Assembly: GCA_964512645.1 (NCBI GenBank)
Contig: CAZEJS010000001.1
Location: 64,825 to 128,824, forward strand
Direction of reading: 5' to 3'
Length of the DNA: 64,000 nt
From: an uncultured Acidimicrobiales bacterium
GTDB lineage: Bacteria > Actinomycetota > Geothermincolia > Fen-727 > Anoxymicrobiaceae
Shown here: positions 41,137 through 50,809 of the stretch, piece by piece
How positions within the stretch are numbered: the first letter of the stretch is position 1
How the letters are laid out: each line of letters opens with the position of its first letter
Translations under genes and position numbers: made by a program
Notes under the pieces: model-generated
Seen by the model: only the letters and a program-made list of their open reading frames with translations
What the model was told of the DNA's origin: nothing
Databases searched by the model: none

Positions 41137-41165
41137 ACAGGGGATTTTCTGCCGGATGGAGTGGG

Positions 41166-41858
41166 ATGGCCAACAAGCGTATTGAACTGGAACGGTACAG
41201 ATACTACGTGGACCTCCTCGAGGAGGAGCCGAACCGCAAGCGCGTCCGCCGGGGAGTGTCGGTCTGCCTTATCGTGATGATGCTGTTCTCCCTGGGGATG
41301 TTCGCGCTCATGCTGATGTCCAACGGCCTTGCGCTCAACCCGGCCAACGTGCTGGAGAAACCGCCGGAGAAGTCCCCGGCGGCGCCGTCACAGACAACCC
41401 CTGGCACCCAGATTCCTTCAGGCACCCCGATGCCTTCCGGCACCCAGATTCCTTCAGGCACCCCGATGCCTTCCGGCACGGAAGAGCCGGCGGGCACCCC
41501 GGTCCCGACAAACGGGGGCGCGCCTCCCGGGAGCGGCCTGCCGGTCGAGCGCGCAGGCCTGCCCTCACACGAAATGTCCGCGGCGCTGCCCCGCGGGGCC
41601 GCCGACGGCGACCTCCTGGCCCAGGCGACGACCGAACCGGGGTCCGCGTCACCCGCCACATCCCCGGCCGTCGCCGCGCCGGCCAAGAAGAAGGAGCCGC
41701 TGCCGAAGCAGAGCAAGGGCGTTGGCAACCTGTCCAACCTCGCCAGAGGAGCGGGAAACCGCGGGTGGCAGATATACTCCCTGGTCCTGGCGATCGGCAC
41801 TATCGTGATGCTCTACATGGGATTGAGAGCGTCCGGGGGCGGGAGGCGGTCCGGGTGA
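41166..41858 (+). CDS. Hypothetical membrane protein with Pro/Thr/Ser-rich repeat linker
   Basis: N-terminal TM (VSVCLIVMMLFSLGMFALMLM), GTQIPSGTPMPS x2 encoded by a perfect 36-bp tandem duplication, C-terminal TM (WQIYSLVLAIGTIVMLYM). Confidence 0.5.
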   Translation: MANKRIELERYRYYVDLLEEEPNRKRVRRGVSVCLIVMMLFSLGMFALMLMSNGLALNPANVLEKPPEKSPAAPSQTTPGTQIPSGTPMPSGTQIPSGTPMPSGTEEPAGTPVPTNGGAPPGSGLPVERAGLPSHEMSAALPRGAADGDLLAQATTEPGSASPATSPAVAAPAKKKEPLPKQSKGVGNLSNLARGAGNRGWQIYSLVLAIGTIVMLYMGLRASGGGRRSG

Positions 41859-42601
41859 ACGCCAACGTAATTGTCATGGAGACGGCGGTGTTCCTCCTGT
41901 TCCTGGTCTTCTACTACGGGGCGTCCAGGGCAATGGGCGCATCCAGACACCGCGGCTACTTCACCGGCGCGCTCCTCTTCTCGCTTGCGGTACTGACGAC
42001 GGCGGTCTGGGCCGGCGGCATGAACTTCTACTGGTACGGGATCAACTCCTACTACAAGCACTACCCGCTGGGCGGGTACATAGTGTGGCTCGGACTCGTC
42101 CCGCTTGCGGCCTGCCTCCTTTGGTACATGGTAGCGGCGACGTCGCAGATCCTCTCGGCGCTCTTCGCGCCAAAGGCCGGCCCATGGACCCGCGCGGCGC
42201 TCTCCGGCGCGCTGGCGCTGCCGTTCTACCTGCTGGTCCTGCCGGTCGGGGTTACGAACCATTGGTGGACGTTCAACCTCAAGAGCTTCTACGTCATAGA
42301 CATCCCGCTGCCGGCGCTGTTCGCGCTGTTCGGATCAGTCTTCATCTTCAACGCGGTCTACGAGACGACGGTACTCGAGCTCCGGCAGGCCGGTTTCCTC
42401 AAGAGCCTGGAGGATAAGACGATCGCCAGGGTCGCGTACAAGAACGTCAAGGACCCCAGGAGCCTCTCCTGGGCGCAACTGAAGGCGCTCTTCTTCTTCA
42501 GGCTGGCGGCGGGCTTCGTGACGTTCGCCGTTTGCATGGCGCCGGTGGTAGTGATTTTCTGGGCGATCGCCAACAGGGGACACATCCCGCCGGGCTGGTA
42601 G
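41855..42601 (+). CDS. Hypothetical polytopic integral membrane protein
   Basis: GTG 41855 (GGGAGG, spacing 8) overlapping the upstream stop. At least 6 predicted helices. Trp/Tyr-rich (NFYWYGINSYYKHY). Confidence 0.5.
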   Translation: MNANVIVMETAVFLLFLVFYYGASRAMGASRHRGYFTGALLFSLAVLTTAVWAGGMNFYWYGINSYYKHYPLGGYIVWLGLVPLAACLLWYMVAATSQILSALFAPKAGPWTRAALSGALALPFYLLVLPVGVTNHWWTFNLKSFYVIDIPLPALFALFGSVFIFNAVYETTVLELRQAGFLKSLEDKTIARVAYKNVKDPRSLSWAQLKALFFFRLAAGFVTFAVCMAPVVVIFWAIANRGHIPPGW

Positions 42602-42613
42602 CGGGCCGCTCTT

Positions 42614-43585
42614 TCAGTACATCCCCGTGACCGGCGTCACCCGCCAGTCGATGAACTCGGCCGACTCCCCGGCCAGCGAGACCGTCAGGCGTGAGCCGGC
42701 AACAACCCGTCCAAGCTTACCGCAGGCAACCCCGCACGAGGCGAAGAGCTCCGCTACCCGGTGAGGGTCTCCCGGCGGCACCGCCAGCAGGAAACCGCAC
42801 GAGGGATAAGCCCCGAGCCACCATCCGAGGTCGATACCCTCCGGCACGGGAAGCCCTTCCAGGTCCACGTGCGCCCCCGTCCCGGAAGCTTCCATCATCA
42901 TCGCCAGGGTGCCCAGGATGCCCGCGTTGGAAATATCCCTGCAGGCGCGCGCGCCCCCGATTTCCGAGACCCGCACCAGCGCCTCGAGCTTCGCGCCGGT
43001 GCGAGAAGGCTCGGCCCGGGTGACGGTGTCCCAGGCGTGAAACCGCTCGCGCGCCCGCCCGTCGAGGTCCACCGCCACGAGCAGGTCGTCGCCGGGGCCG
43101 GCGCCGTCTCCACGCAGCAGCCTTTCGGCCCGACCGGCAATGCACGTCGCCACCCGGAAGGGGCCGGGGTCGGTGGAGGTGTGGCCCCCCAGCATCGGGA
43201 GGCCGTAGTGGTCCAGGGCGGCCTCCATGCCGCGCGTGAACGCCGCGCGCGTCTCTTCTCCGGCGTCTCCCTCGAAAACCACAGCCACGATGCCGAAGGG
43301 GCGGCCGCCCATGGCGTAGATGTCGTTGACGTTCACCGTCACCGAGCAGAAGCCGGCGAACTCCGGGTCTTCGAAGAGGGGCGAGCGCATTCCCTCCGCC
43401 GCGAGCAGGAGGTAGCCCGCGGGAGTCTCCACGGCGCCGGCGTCGTCCCCGGGGCCCAGCACGCCTTCGCGCAGGCCCGCGCGCCGGACGAACGGACGGG
43501 CCCATGCGCCCGCCCGGCCCTTGCTCCGGATGGCGGGACCTTCTTTCACCGCGCCGAGAAGTTCTTCGAGTGATCCAGGCGTCAT
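42614..43585 (-). CDS. AIR-synthase-related (PurM-like superfamily) protein
   Basis: PurM-like N-domain motif (GPGDDAGAV..) and Gly-rich C-domain. ~320 aa. The subfamily (ThiL/HypE/SelD-like) is not resolvable by eye. Confidence 0.5.
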   Translation of the reverse strand: MTPGSLEELLGAVKEGPAIRSKGRAGAWARPFVRRAGLREGVLGPGDDAGAVETPAGYLLLAAEGMRSPLFEDPEFAGFCSVTVNVNDIYAMGGRPFGIVAVVFEGDAGEETRAAFTRGMEAALDHYGLPMLGGHTSTDPGPFRVATCIAGRAERLLRGDGAGPGDDLLVAVDLDGRARERFHAWDTVTRAEPSRTGAKLEALVRVSEIGGARACRDISNAGILGTLAMMMEASGTGAHVDLEGLPVPEGIDLGWWLGAYPSCGFLLAVPPGDPHRVAELFASCGVACGKLGRVVAGSRLTVSLAGESAEFIDWRVTPVTGMY

Positions 43586-43669
43586 CCGAGTATTATAAGC
43601 CCCTCACGACCCGGACCCCCAGGCCCCGGCCGGGTGTCACACAGAGAATATATAATCGCTCCGGAGGTG

Positions 43670-46132
43670 ATGGCCTCGCAGAAGGCCGAACGGATCGTCG
43701 AAGTCATCATAGACAGCGCGGCCCTGGACCTGGACCGCCCTTTTCACTACGAGCTGCCGGCCGGGATGGAAAAGACCGTGGAGATCGGCTCGGTGGTGCT
43801 GGTGCCGTTCAACCGGCGACTTGCCGTCGCCTACGTGGTCGGGTTCCCCGACAGGGCCGGTGTCCCGTCTCTGAAACCGGTTTCCAGCGTGCTCGACGAA
43901 CCGCCGCTCTTCGACTTCGACCGGCAGAGGCTCTGCCGGTGGATTGCCTCGCACTACATGTGTCCGCTCTCCCGGGCCTTCAAGCTGTTAATGCCGCCCG
44001 GGCGCGCCCGGAAGGTCAGGCAGGTGGTCGTGCTGGATGCGGACTCCGAGAGCGCGCTGCGGCTCGCCGGGGACGGGCCGCTCCGGGAAGTGGTGGAGAC
44101 GCTAACCGCCTCCGGCCGTGAAGCCGACATGGCGACTCTGAAAAATACCCTCGGCCCCGGCCCGGCGGCCGCCGCGGTCAGGGAACTGGAATCACTGGGA
44201 GTGATCTCGAAGAGGTTCGAGCTCACCCGCCCGGCGGCGAAGGCCAAGACCCGCCTGGCGGTGCGCTCGCTCGCCACGGGACCGGACGACGAGCGGATCG
44301 GGTCCCTCCCCCGCCGGCAGCGGGACGTCCTCGAGCAGTTGCTGGCGCTCGGGGGTGTCGCGTTTCAAAGCGAACTGCTGCGCTCCTCGGGGGCCGGATC
44401 CGCCACCGTGAAGTCCCTCGCCGCCAGGGGGCTCGTCCGGGTGGACGCCGAGGAAGTGCAGCGGCTGCCGCGTACCGGGGACGCCCGCGCCGAACGCCAC
44501 GTACCCGACGAGCGGCAGCGGGCGGCCATCGACGAGATATCCGGCGCGGTGGAGAGGGGCATCCACCGCGAGTTCCTCCTCCACGGGGTAACCGGCTCGG
44601 GGAAGACCGAGGTGTACCTCCAGGCGATCGAACGCGTGCTGGCCGGGGGAAAGCAGGCGATAGTCCTGGTGCCGGAGATATCGCTCACGCCCCAGACCGT
44701 CGAACGGTTCGAGTCACGCTTTCCGGGGCGGGTCGCCGTCCTCCACAGCAAGCTCTCGCCCGGTGAGCGATTCGACCAGTGGCGCGGGGTTCGCGAAGGG
44801 CGTTACCCGGTCGTCGTGGGCGCTCGCTCGGCGCTTTTCGCGCCGGTATCCGACCTCGGCCTGATAGCCATAGACGAGGAGCACGAGCCCTCTTACAAGA
44901 GCGACACCTCCCCGCGCTACCACGCGAGGGAAGTGGCGCAGGTGATGGCGCGGATGGCCGGGGCCGTCCTGGTACTGGGCAGCGCCACGCCGTCTTTCGA
45001 GTCGGTAGCTCACGCCAGGTCCGGCCGTTACCGGCTCCTGGCCCTGCCCGGGCGGATCGACGATCGCCCCATGCCCGACGTGGAGGTGGTCGACATGAGG
45101 AAGGCGGGAGGGGCCGGCGAGGTCCCTCTCCTGTCGCATTCCCTGCTGGACGGTCTGTCCCGTACACTGGAGTCCGGCGGCCAGGCGATCCTCTTTCTCA
45201 ACCGGCGGGGGTTCGCCAACTACCTGCAGTGCCGGGCGTGCGGGGCCATCCCGGGCTGCGACGGGTGCGACGTCAGCTTCTGTTATCACAGCAGGGGGCG
45301 GATGCTTCTCTGCCACCACTGCGGCGCGCGGAGGCCCGTGCCTCCGGGGTGTCCGGAGTGCGGCGCCGGCCCCTTGAAGCAGTTCGGCGCCGGCACCCAG
45401 AAGGTGGAGGAAGAGCTGCTCTCGCGGCTGCCGGGCGTATCCTGCGTCAGAATGGACGCCGACACCACGTCGGCCAAGGACGCCCACTGGCGGCTGCTGG
45501 GCTCGTTTGCCGCGGGTGAAGCCCGGGTGCTCATCGGCACCCAGATGATAGCCAAGGGGCTCGACATCCCCGGCGTCACTCTGGTCGGGGTGATAAACGC
45601 CGACACCGCGCTCGCGCTCCCGGACTTCAGGGCCAGCGAGCGCACCTACCAGCTGCTGACTCAGGTCAGCGGTCGGGCGGGCAGGGGCATGCGCCCCGGG
45701 CGCGTGATCGTCCAGACGTTCATGCCCGACCACCCGGCGATACGCGCGCTCACCGGGGACGTGGAATCATTCGTGAACTCCGAGCTGGAAGCGAGGGCGC
45801 AGGCCCTCTACCCGCCTTACGTCCAGGCGGTCAACGTGCTGGTCACCTCCGAGCACATGCAGAGCGCCTCGCGGGGGGCCGAGCGCCTCCGGCACGTGCT
45901 CGAGACCGACCTCCAGGGAACCGGCACCATCATCCTGGGGCCGGCGCCGGCCCCCCTCTCACGGCTGCGGGGCCTATACCGCTGGCACATCGTGATCAAG
46001 TCCGCCGACCTCGACTCGATCGCCGGCCGCCTCCGCGGGTCGATGGCGCGTTTCGGCGACTACGCGCGGACGTGCGCGCTGGAAAGAGATGTCAGGGTGT
46101 CGCTGGACGTGGACCCGGTAAGCCTTCTCTGA
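43670..46132 (+). CDS. priA: Primosomal protein N' (PriA) replication-restart helicase
   Basis: Walker A HGVTGSGKTEVY, DEEH box (IAIDEEHE), Cys-rich zinc-binding insert (CRACGAIPGCDGC..CHHCG..CPECG), helicase C-domain. Confidence 0.85.
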   Translation: MASQKAERIVEVIIDSAALDLDRPFHYELPAGMEKTVEIGSVVLVPFNRRLAVAYVVGFPDRAGVPSLKPVSSVLDEPPLFDFDRQRLCRWIASHYMCPLSRAFKLLMPPGRARKVRQVVVLDADSESALRLAGDGPLREVVETLTASGREADMATLKNTLGPGPAAAAVRELESLGVISKRFELTRPAAKAKTRLAVRSLATGPDDERIGSLPRRQRDVLEQLLALGGVAFQSELLRSSGAGSATVKSLAARGLVRVDAEEVQRLPRTGDARAERHVPDERQRAAIDEISGAVERGIHREFLLHGVTGSGKTEVYLQAIERVLAGGKQAIVLVPEISLTPQTVERFESRFPGRVAVLHSKLSPGERFDQWRGVREGRYPVVVGARSALFAPVSDLGLIAIDEEHEPSYKSDTSPRYHAREVAQVMARMAGAVLVLGSATPSFESVAHARSGRYRLLALPGRIDDRPMPDVEVVDMRKAGGAGEVPLLSHSLLDGLSRTLESGGQAILFLNRRGFANYLQCRACGAIPGCDGCDVSFCYHSRGRMLLCHHCGARRPVPPGCPECGAGPLKQFGAGTQKVEEELLSRLPGVSCVRMDADTTSAKDAHWRLLGSFAAGEARVLIGTQMIAKGLDIPGVTLVGVINADTALALPDFRASERTYQLLTQVSGRAGRGMRPGRVIVQTFMPDHPAIRALTGDVESFVNSELEARAQALYPPYVQAVNVLVTSEHMQSASRGAERLRHVLETDLQGTGTIILGPAPAPLSRLRGLYRWHIVIKSADLDSIAGRLRGSMARFGDYARTCALERDVRVSLDVDPVSLL

Positions 46133-46138
46133 ACGGCG

Positions 46139-47461
46139 CTACTCCATGGGAATGCGGTCCATCGGGTAAGGCAGGGGCGCGTCGGGAGGTATCCTGTGGA
46201 TGTACTTCCTGCGGAACTCCGGGTCCTGCATCCGGCAGCCGACCGTCTTCTTGCGGTACTCGGGATGGGCCCTCATCCTGTTCCAGATAGTCTTGAGCGA
46301 CTCCTCGCGCACGTTACCGAAGTGGAGAGGCACGAAATCGCACGGGGTCACGTAGCCGTCGTGGGTTATGTGCAACTGGTACTTCGCCCCGAAGCATCCG
46401 ATTATGTCCACCTCGTTCACGTACGACATGGTGACGATCTTCGGGCCGGGGCCGCGGGCGTGCTGTCCCTCCTGCATCTCCGAGAGGGCGCGATGGTCGT
46501 CCGGGGTCAGAAGCAGGTCCTCCCGGTCGATCATCTTGCCCGTCGGCGTGACGTCGAAGACGGTGATCTCCCGCACGCCCAGCTCTCTTCCCAGCGCGAA
46601 GAACCTCTCCACGTGACGGTTCGCCACGGCCTCGTGTGTCGCGAACGTGCTTATCCCGGTGTTTATGCCCTCCTCCGCCGCGGCCTCGAGGCCCCGGCAC
46701 GCCCTGTCGAACAAGCCCGGCACGCCCCTGCCCGCGTCGTGAACCTCCGCCTCCGGGCTGTCGAGACTGACAAACGCCACCTCCAGGCCGGCACTCCGGA
46801 GCTCGCGAGCCGTTTCGCGATCGAGGTAATACCCGCTGGTGAATATCTGCGGCGCCGCGTCGAACCGGTCGACGTGGGCCACGAGCTCTGGCAGGTCGGC
46901 TCTGGCCATCGGCTCGCCGCCGGTCAGAACAATGCTCCCCGCCATGAGGTCGACGCACTGCTCCACGACGTCCTTGGCCTCCGAGGTGTCCAGCTCGCCT
47001 TCCCGCGGCCTGCGGTCGGCGGAGCAGTGGTAACACGAACACGGGCACCTGGCGGTGACCGCGAAAGTGACGGCGGTCGGACCACCGGAGAGGTGGAAAT
47101 CGCGTCGGAGGCCGCCCCGCAGGACCCGCCCGTATGCTTTGCTGCCGAACGGCGGGAGGTAGAAGGTGTAGGCGTCGCGCGAAGCGTACCTGGTGAACGG
47201 TATCTTCTCCGGAAACACCTTCACCAGCCAGCAGCCCAGGGAGAACGCCCCTGGCATCCTGGGCGGCCCCAGGTTGCGATACATGAACCTGCGAAACTTC
47301 CTGAGTGGAGGCCTTGTTATCTCGAACCGGTCCGGCCGCGCGTCGTCATCGTATTGTTCTACCGTCAAAAGTGTCTCCTCCGGAGGCTCGTGCCGGGTGT
47401 CCGCGGAAGGGCCCTCGCCAACAGGATAACACGAGGGGCCCGCCTGCCGCCCGGGCGTCAA
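46139..47461 (-). CDS. Radical SAM protein with C-terminal SPASM/twitch-like domain and ~120-aa N-terminal extension
   Basis: CxxxCxxC read as ARCPCSCYHC (residues ~139-148 of the ORF). Gly-rich SAM motif VLTGGEP. C-terminal IIGCFGAKYQLHITHDGYVTPCDF resembles SPASM. The true start is uncertain. Confidence 0.65.
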   Translation of the reverse strand: MTPGRQAGPSCYPVGEGPSADTRHEPPEETLLTVEQYDDDARPDRFEITRPPLRKFRRFMYRNLGPPRMPGAFSLGCWLVKVFPEKIPFTRYASRDAYTFYLPPFGSKAYGRVLRGGLRRDFHLSGGPTAVTFAVTARCPCSCYHCSADRRPREGELDTSEAKDVVEQCVDLMAGSIVLTGGEPMARADLPELVAHVDRFDAAPQIFTSGYYLDRETARELRSAGLEVAFVSLDSPEAEVHDAGRGVPGLFDRACRGLEAAAEEGINTGISTFATHEAVANRHVERFFALGRELGVREITVFDVTPTGKMIDREDLLLTPDDHRALSEMQEGQHARGPGPKIVTMSYVNEVDIIGCFGAKYQLHITHDGYVTPCDFVPLHFGNVREESLKTIWNRMRAHPEYRKKTVGCRMQDPEFRRKYIHRIPPDAPLPYPMDRIPME

Positions 47462-47557
47462 ACCGCCGGGGCGGCGCCTCTCCCGGCGCCTTCACAATGA
47501 ATACGGCGGCGGCGGGCGAGCGGTTTCGCGCGCGCCGGCCGCGGGGGGGAAGCGGGC

Positions 47558-48322
47558 TCAGTTGAGCTGGATCTTTTCGACGATGTCGCGCTCGCGCTCC
47601 AGGGCGGCCTTGAGCTCCTCGGCGCACGCCGCGGTGCAGGTCATGAACAGCAGGTCGTTGCCCTGCCGGCGGGCCTCGGAATCTCGCCCGGTCACTATCA
47701 CCGGCACGCGCCTGCCGGCTATGGTGACCTCCATGAGGAACCCTTCCCGGCCAGAACCCCGCACGAAGTCGATGCCCTCCCTTATCCTGGCTCCGGCCCC
47801 GAACACCTCGTCACCTTCGGGGATGGCGCTCCCGCACCACGCGCAGGCGCTGGTTATCCTGTCGGTTGCGACACCAGCCTGCCACTCCATTATGAACGGG
47901 CACTCCCCGGGGGATATTCCGCAGTCGCCGAACTCGTCCTTCTCTTCGCCGCACTCCTCACAGACGTCCCAGTGCCCGCATTCCGACCCCGCGGGTATCT
48001 GCATCCCGCACTCGACGCACCAGAGCAGCCCGCACTCCTCGCAGTAGCCCACCGTCGGGTCGTCAATCTGTTCGATCTCGTCGCCGGACACCGTTTTCGC
48101 GCTGCCACAGTCGGGGCAATCGCCGACGAAAACGGCACGAAGAAACTCCTCTTCGTCGGGGGACAGTTCCTCGCCTTCGGCGTCGAACCGGTCGAGTATT
48201 CCCTCCATGAAGGCGTCCCTCGTCATGCCGCTGGAGCCCGCGGCATCCTCGAACGCGCGCCGGATGTTCTCCGGCATGCGCTCGACCATTTCCTCCAGCA
48301 TCCTCTTTTCCTCATCGTTCAT
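47558..48322 (-). CDS. Acidic cysteine-rich hypothetical protein (multiple CxxC zinc-ribbon-like pairs)
   Basis: CPDC, CEEC, CVEC, C..GHWDVCEEC, CGISPGEC, CAWC, CTAAC. Very acidic N-terminus. No family recognised. 40 nt downstream of the nrdJ stop on the same strand. Confidence 0.5.
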   Translation of the reverse strand: MNDEEKRMLEEMVERMPENIRRAFEDAAGSSGMTRDAFMEGILDRFDAEGEELSPDEEEFLRAVFVGDCPDCGSAKTVSGDEIEQIDDPTVGYCEECGLLWCVECGMQIPAGSECGHWDVCEECGEEKDEFGDCGISPGECPFIMEWQAGVATDRITSACAWCGSAIPEGDEVFGAGARIREGIDFVRGSGREGFLMEVTIAGRRVPVIVTGRDSEARRQGNDLLFMTCTAACAEELKAALERERDIVEKIQLN

Positions 48323-48361
48323 TTCAAATCCTCCATGCCGGGCTGGAGCCGCGCGCCGGCC

Positions 48362-50569
48362 CTAGCCGCAACGGGAGAAACCGCAGGACCTGCACACGTT
48401 GCACCCACCCTCCAGTTCCATCGGACCGGAACATTCCGGGCATCGTACGTCCCCCAGCGCCGCGGGGAAAGGCGGTCGGTCGCCCGCACCGTCGTGCGCA
48501 TGGAGGTAACGCTCGATGGCCCGTCCGATCGCGTCCGGGCAGGAAAGCACCTCCGCCTGCTTGCTGCGGATCGAGGACATGCATCGTATGCCCCGGAGCT
48601 GCTCGATTATCTCGCCGACGTCTACCCGCGACCTGAGCCCCAGGGAGATCAACCTGCTGGTGGCCTCCGACTGCGACGGGCAACCCCCGGCCCGCCCCAG
48701 CGCCGTGAAGACCTCGCAGATCCCTTCCTCGTCACCGTTGACGGTGATGTAGAGGTTGCCGCAGCCTATGCGCACCTTCTCGGTGGTGCCGGTGGTCACC
48801 TTCTGCCTGACCCTCGGCTTCAGCCCCGGGGCCGGCTCCTCGTCGGATACGCCCTTGTAGAGCACCTGGACGGGCCGGCTTCCGTACCTGTATATGGTCA
48901 CGCCCTTGCAGCCGGTCTCATAAGCCATGGTATACAACGACTCTACGTCACTCACTTCGGCCTCGCAGGGCAGGTTCACGGTCTTGCTCACCGCGTTGTC
49001 GGTGTGCCGCTGGAAGGCGGCCTGCATCCTGACGTGCCACTCGGGCGCCACCTCGTGCGCGCTGACGAACAACCGCGCGAGCTCCTCCGGAACGCCCTCG
49101 ATGTCGCGCAGGCAGCCCGCCGCGGCAACGCGCTCGACAAGACCGTGGTCCTCGAGGCCGTACCGCGCCGCCGCCGCCAGAAACCCGGGGTGGACTTCGA
49201 TGAGCCTCTCCCCGTCCAGCACCCTCCGCTCGAACGCCACCGCGAAAAGCGGCTCTATGCCGCTGGAGCACTGCGCGATGATGCTTATCGAACCCGTGGG
49301 AGCTATGGTGGTGGTGGTCGCGTTGCGCAGCGGCGCCGAGCCGCGCTCGGCGTAGACGCTGTGTTCGAACGCCTCGAACGGCCCGCGCTCCGCGGCCAGC
49401 GCCTCGGACGCCTCCCGGGAGACGCCGGAGACGAACTCCATCACTTCGGACGCGATCCGCAGGCTCTCCTCGGAATCGTACCGTACGCCCAGCTTGATGA
49501 GCATGTCCGCGAACCCCATCACCCCGAGGCCTATCTTGCGGTTTCTCCTGGTGACCCGGGCAATCTTCTCGAGGGGGTAGCGGCTGACGTCGATGACGTT
49601 GTCCAGGAAATGGACGCCTTCCCTGATGAGCATCTCCAGGCGGGAGTAATCTATGGAGGGGCCGCCCGCGCCGTCTTTCACCACACGGCCCAGGTTGATG
49701 CTGCCCAGGTTGCACGACTCGTACGGCAGCAGCGGTTGCTCACCACAGGGGTTGGTGCTCTCTATGGCCCCCTGAGCGGGGGTGGGGTTCGCTTCGTTCA
49801 TCCTGTCGAGGAAGATAACGCCCGGCTCGCCGGTAGCCCACGCGCCGGAGGCTATCTCGTCGAAGACCTCGCGCGCGTCCAGAACGGCCGCCGCCTCTCC
49901 CGAACTGGGGTTCACCAGTTCGTACGGTGCGCCTTCGAGGAGCGCCTCCATGAAGGCGCGGGTCAGGGCCACCGAGATGTTGAAGTTGTTGAGACGGCCG
50001 TGATGCTCCTTGGCGCGGATGAAGTCGAGGATGTCGGGGTGGTCTACGCGCAGCACGCCCATGTTGGCCCCCCGCCTGGTACCGCCCTGTTTGACCGTCT
50101 CGGTGGCGGCGTCGAACACGGTCATGAACGAGACCGGGCCGGAGGCGATCCCCTTCGTCGACTGCACGACGTCGTTGCGGGGCCGCAGCCTCGAGAAGCT
50201 GAACCCCGTGCCTCCTCCCGACTTGTGTATTAGCGCCATGTTCTTGACCGCGTCGAAGATGGCCTCCATGCTGTCCTCCACCGGCAGCACGAAACACGCG
50301 GCGAGCTGCCCCATTTCGCGTCCGGCGTTCATCAGGGTGGGCGAGTTCGGCAGGAACTCCAGGCCGGTCATCATCTCCAGAAACGTCTCGCGGGAACGCC
50401 TGGCTCCCCCGGACCCCCGGTACGGCTCGTCGGCCGCCGACACGGCCGCGGCGACGCGCTCGAACATCCCGCCCGGGTCCTCGAGCAGCCTGCCCTCACT
50501 GTCTCGCGCGAGGTACCTCTTCTCCAGCACTTTCAGCGCGTTTTCTGAAAGACGGTCGAACGATGTCAT
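48362..50569 (-). CDS. nrdJ: Class II (adenosylcobalamin-dependent) ribonucleotide reductase
   Basis: Class II active-site region ..NPCGEQPL.., monomeric NrdJ length (~735 aa), C-terminal zinc-ribbon CPECSG..CNVCRSCG. Confidence 0.8.
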   Translation of the reverse strand: MTSFDRLSENALKVLEKRYLARDSEGRLLEDPGGMFERVAAAVSAADEPYRGSGGARRSRETFLEMMTGLEFLPNSPTLMNAGREMGQLAACFVLPVEDSMEAIFDAVKNMALIHKSGGGTGFSFSRLRPRNDVVQSTKGIASGPVSFMTVFDAATETVKQGGTRRGANMGVLRVDHPDILDFIRAKEHHGRLNNFNISVALTRAFMEALLEGAPYELVNPSSGEAAAVLDAREVFDEIASGAWATGEPGVIFLDRMNEANPTPAQGAIESTNPCGEQPLLPYESCNLGSINLGRVVKDGAGGPSIDYSRLEMLIREGVHFLDNVIDVSRYPLEKIARVTRRNRKIGLGVMGFADMLIKLGVRYDSEESLRIASEVMEFVSGVSREASEALAAERGPFEAFEHSVYAERGSAPLRNATTTTIAPTGSISIIAQCSSGIEPLFAVAFERRVLDGERLIEVHPGFLAAAARYGLEDHGLVERVAAAGCLRDIEGVPEELARLFVSAHEVAPEWHVRMQAAFQRHTDNAVSKTVNLPCEAEVSDVESLYTMAYETGCKGVTIYRYGSRPVQVLYKGVSDEEPAPGLKPRVRQKVTTGTTEKVRIGCGNLYITVNGDEEGICEVFTALGRAGGCPSQSEATSRLISLGLRSRVDVGEIIEQLRGIRCMSSIRSKQAEVLSCPDAIGRAIERYLHAHDGAGDRPPFPAALGDVRCPECSGPMELEGGCNVCRSCGFSRCG

Positions 50570-50787
50570 GTTTTCCTTCCGATGGCCCCGCCTGCTGCGG
50601 CTCGCGGACCTCCGCGCGCCGCCGGACCGGGGCCGATTCCAACCCCGCCTCCGGCGCCCCGGAAACGCCCTCGGGCGGACCTTCTCTCGATACGAGTATA
50701 AACCTCCGCACCCACAGAGAGAACGCCGCCGGGGGGCTGCTGAGCAGTCTGACCGGCGCGCGCAACCAAGTATTCATTTACGGTCAT

Positions 50788-50809
50788 ATGTGTTATATAT
50801 ATACGACAT
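50788..50809. promoter_or_regulatory. AT-rich 22-bp near-palindrome ATGTGTTATATATATACGACAT in the nrdJ/kce divergent intergenic region
   Basis: Read directly. 18 of 22 positions are self-complementary around a TATATATATA core. It lies inside the only AT-rich island (50775-50815) of this intergenic region. Confidence 0.4.

Noticed and set aside
47972-50233. 753-aa plus-strand ORF
   Set aside because: It is antisense to nrdJ, low complexity, with no recognisable domains.
50788-50809. Assignment of the nrdJ-upstream palindrome as an NrdR box
   Set aside because: The half-site polarity (TGTG..ACA) is opposite to the NrdR consensus as I recall it (ACAC..GTGT). Only one copy is present (NrdR sites are usually tandem). 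No nrdR gene is in the window. It is kept only as a generic operator candidate.
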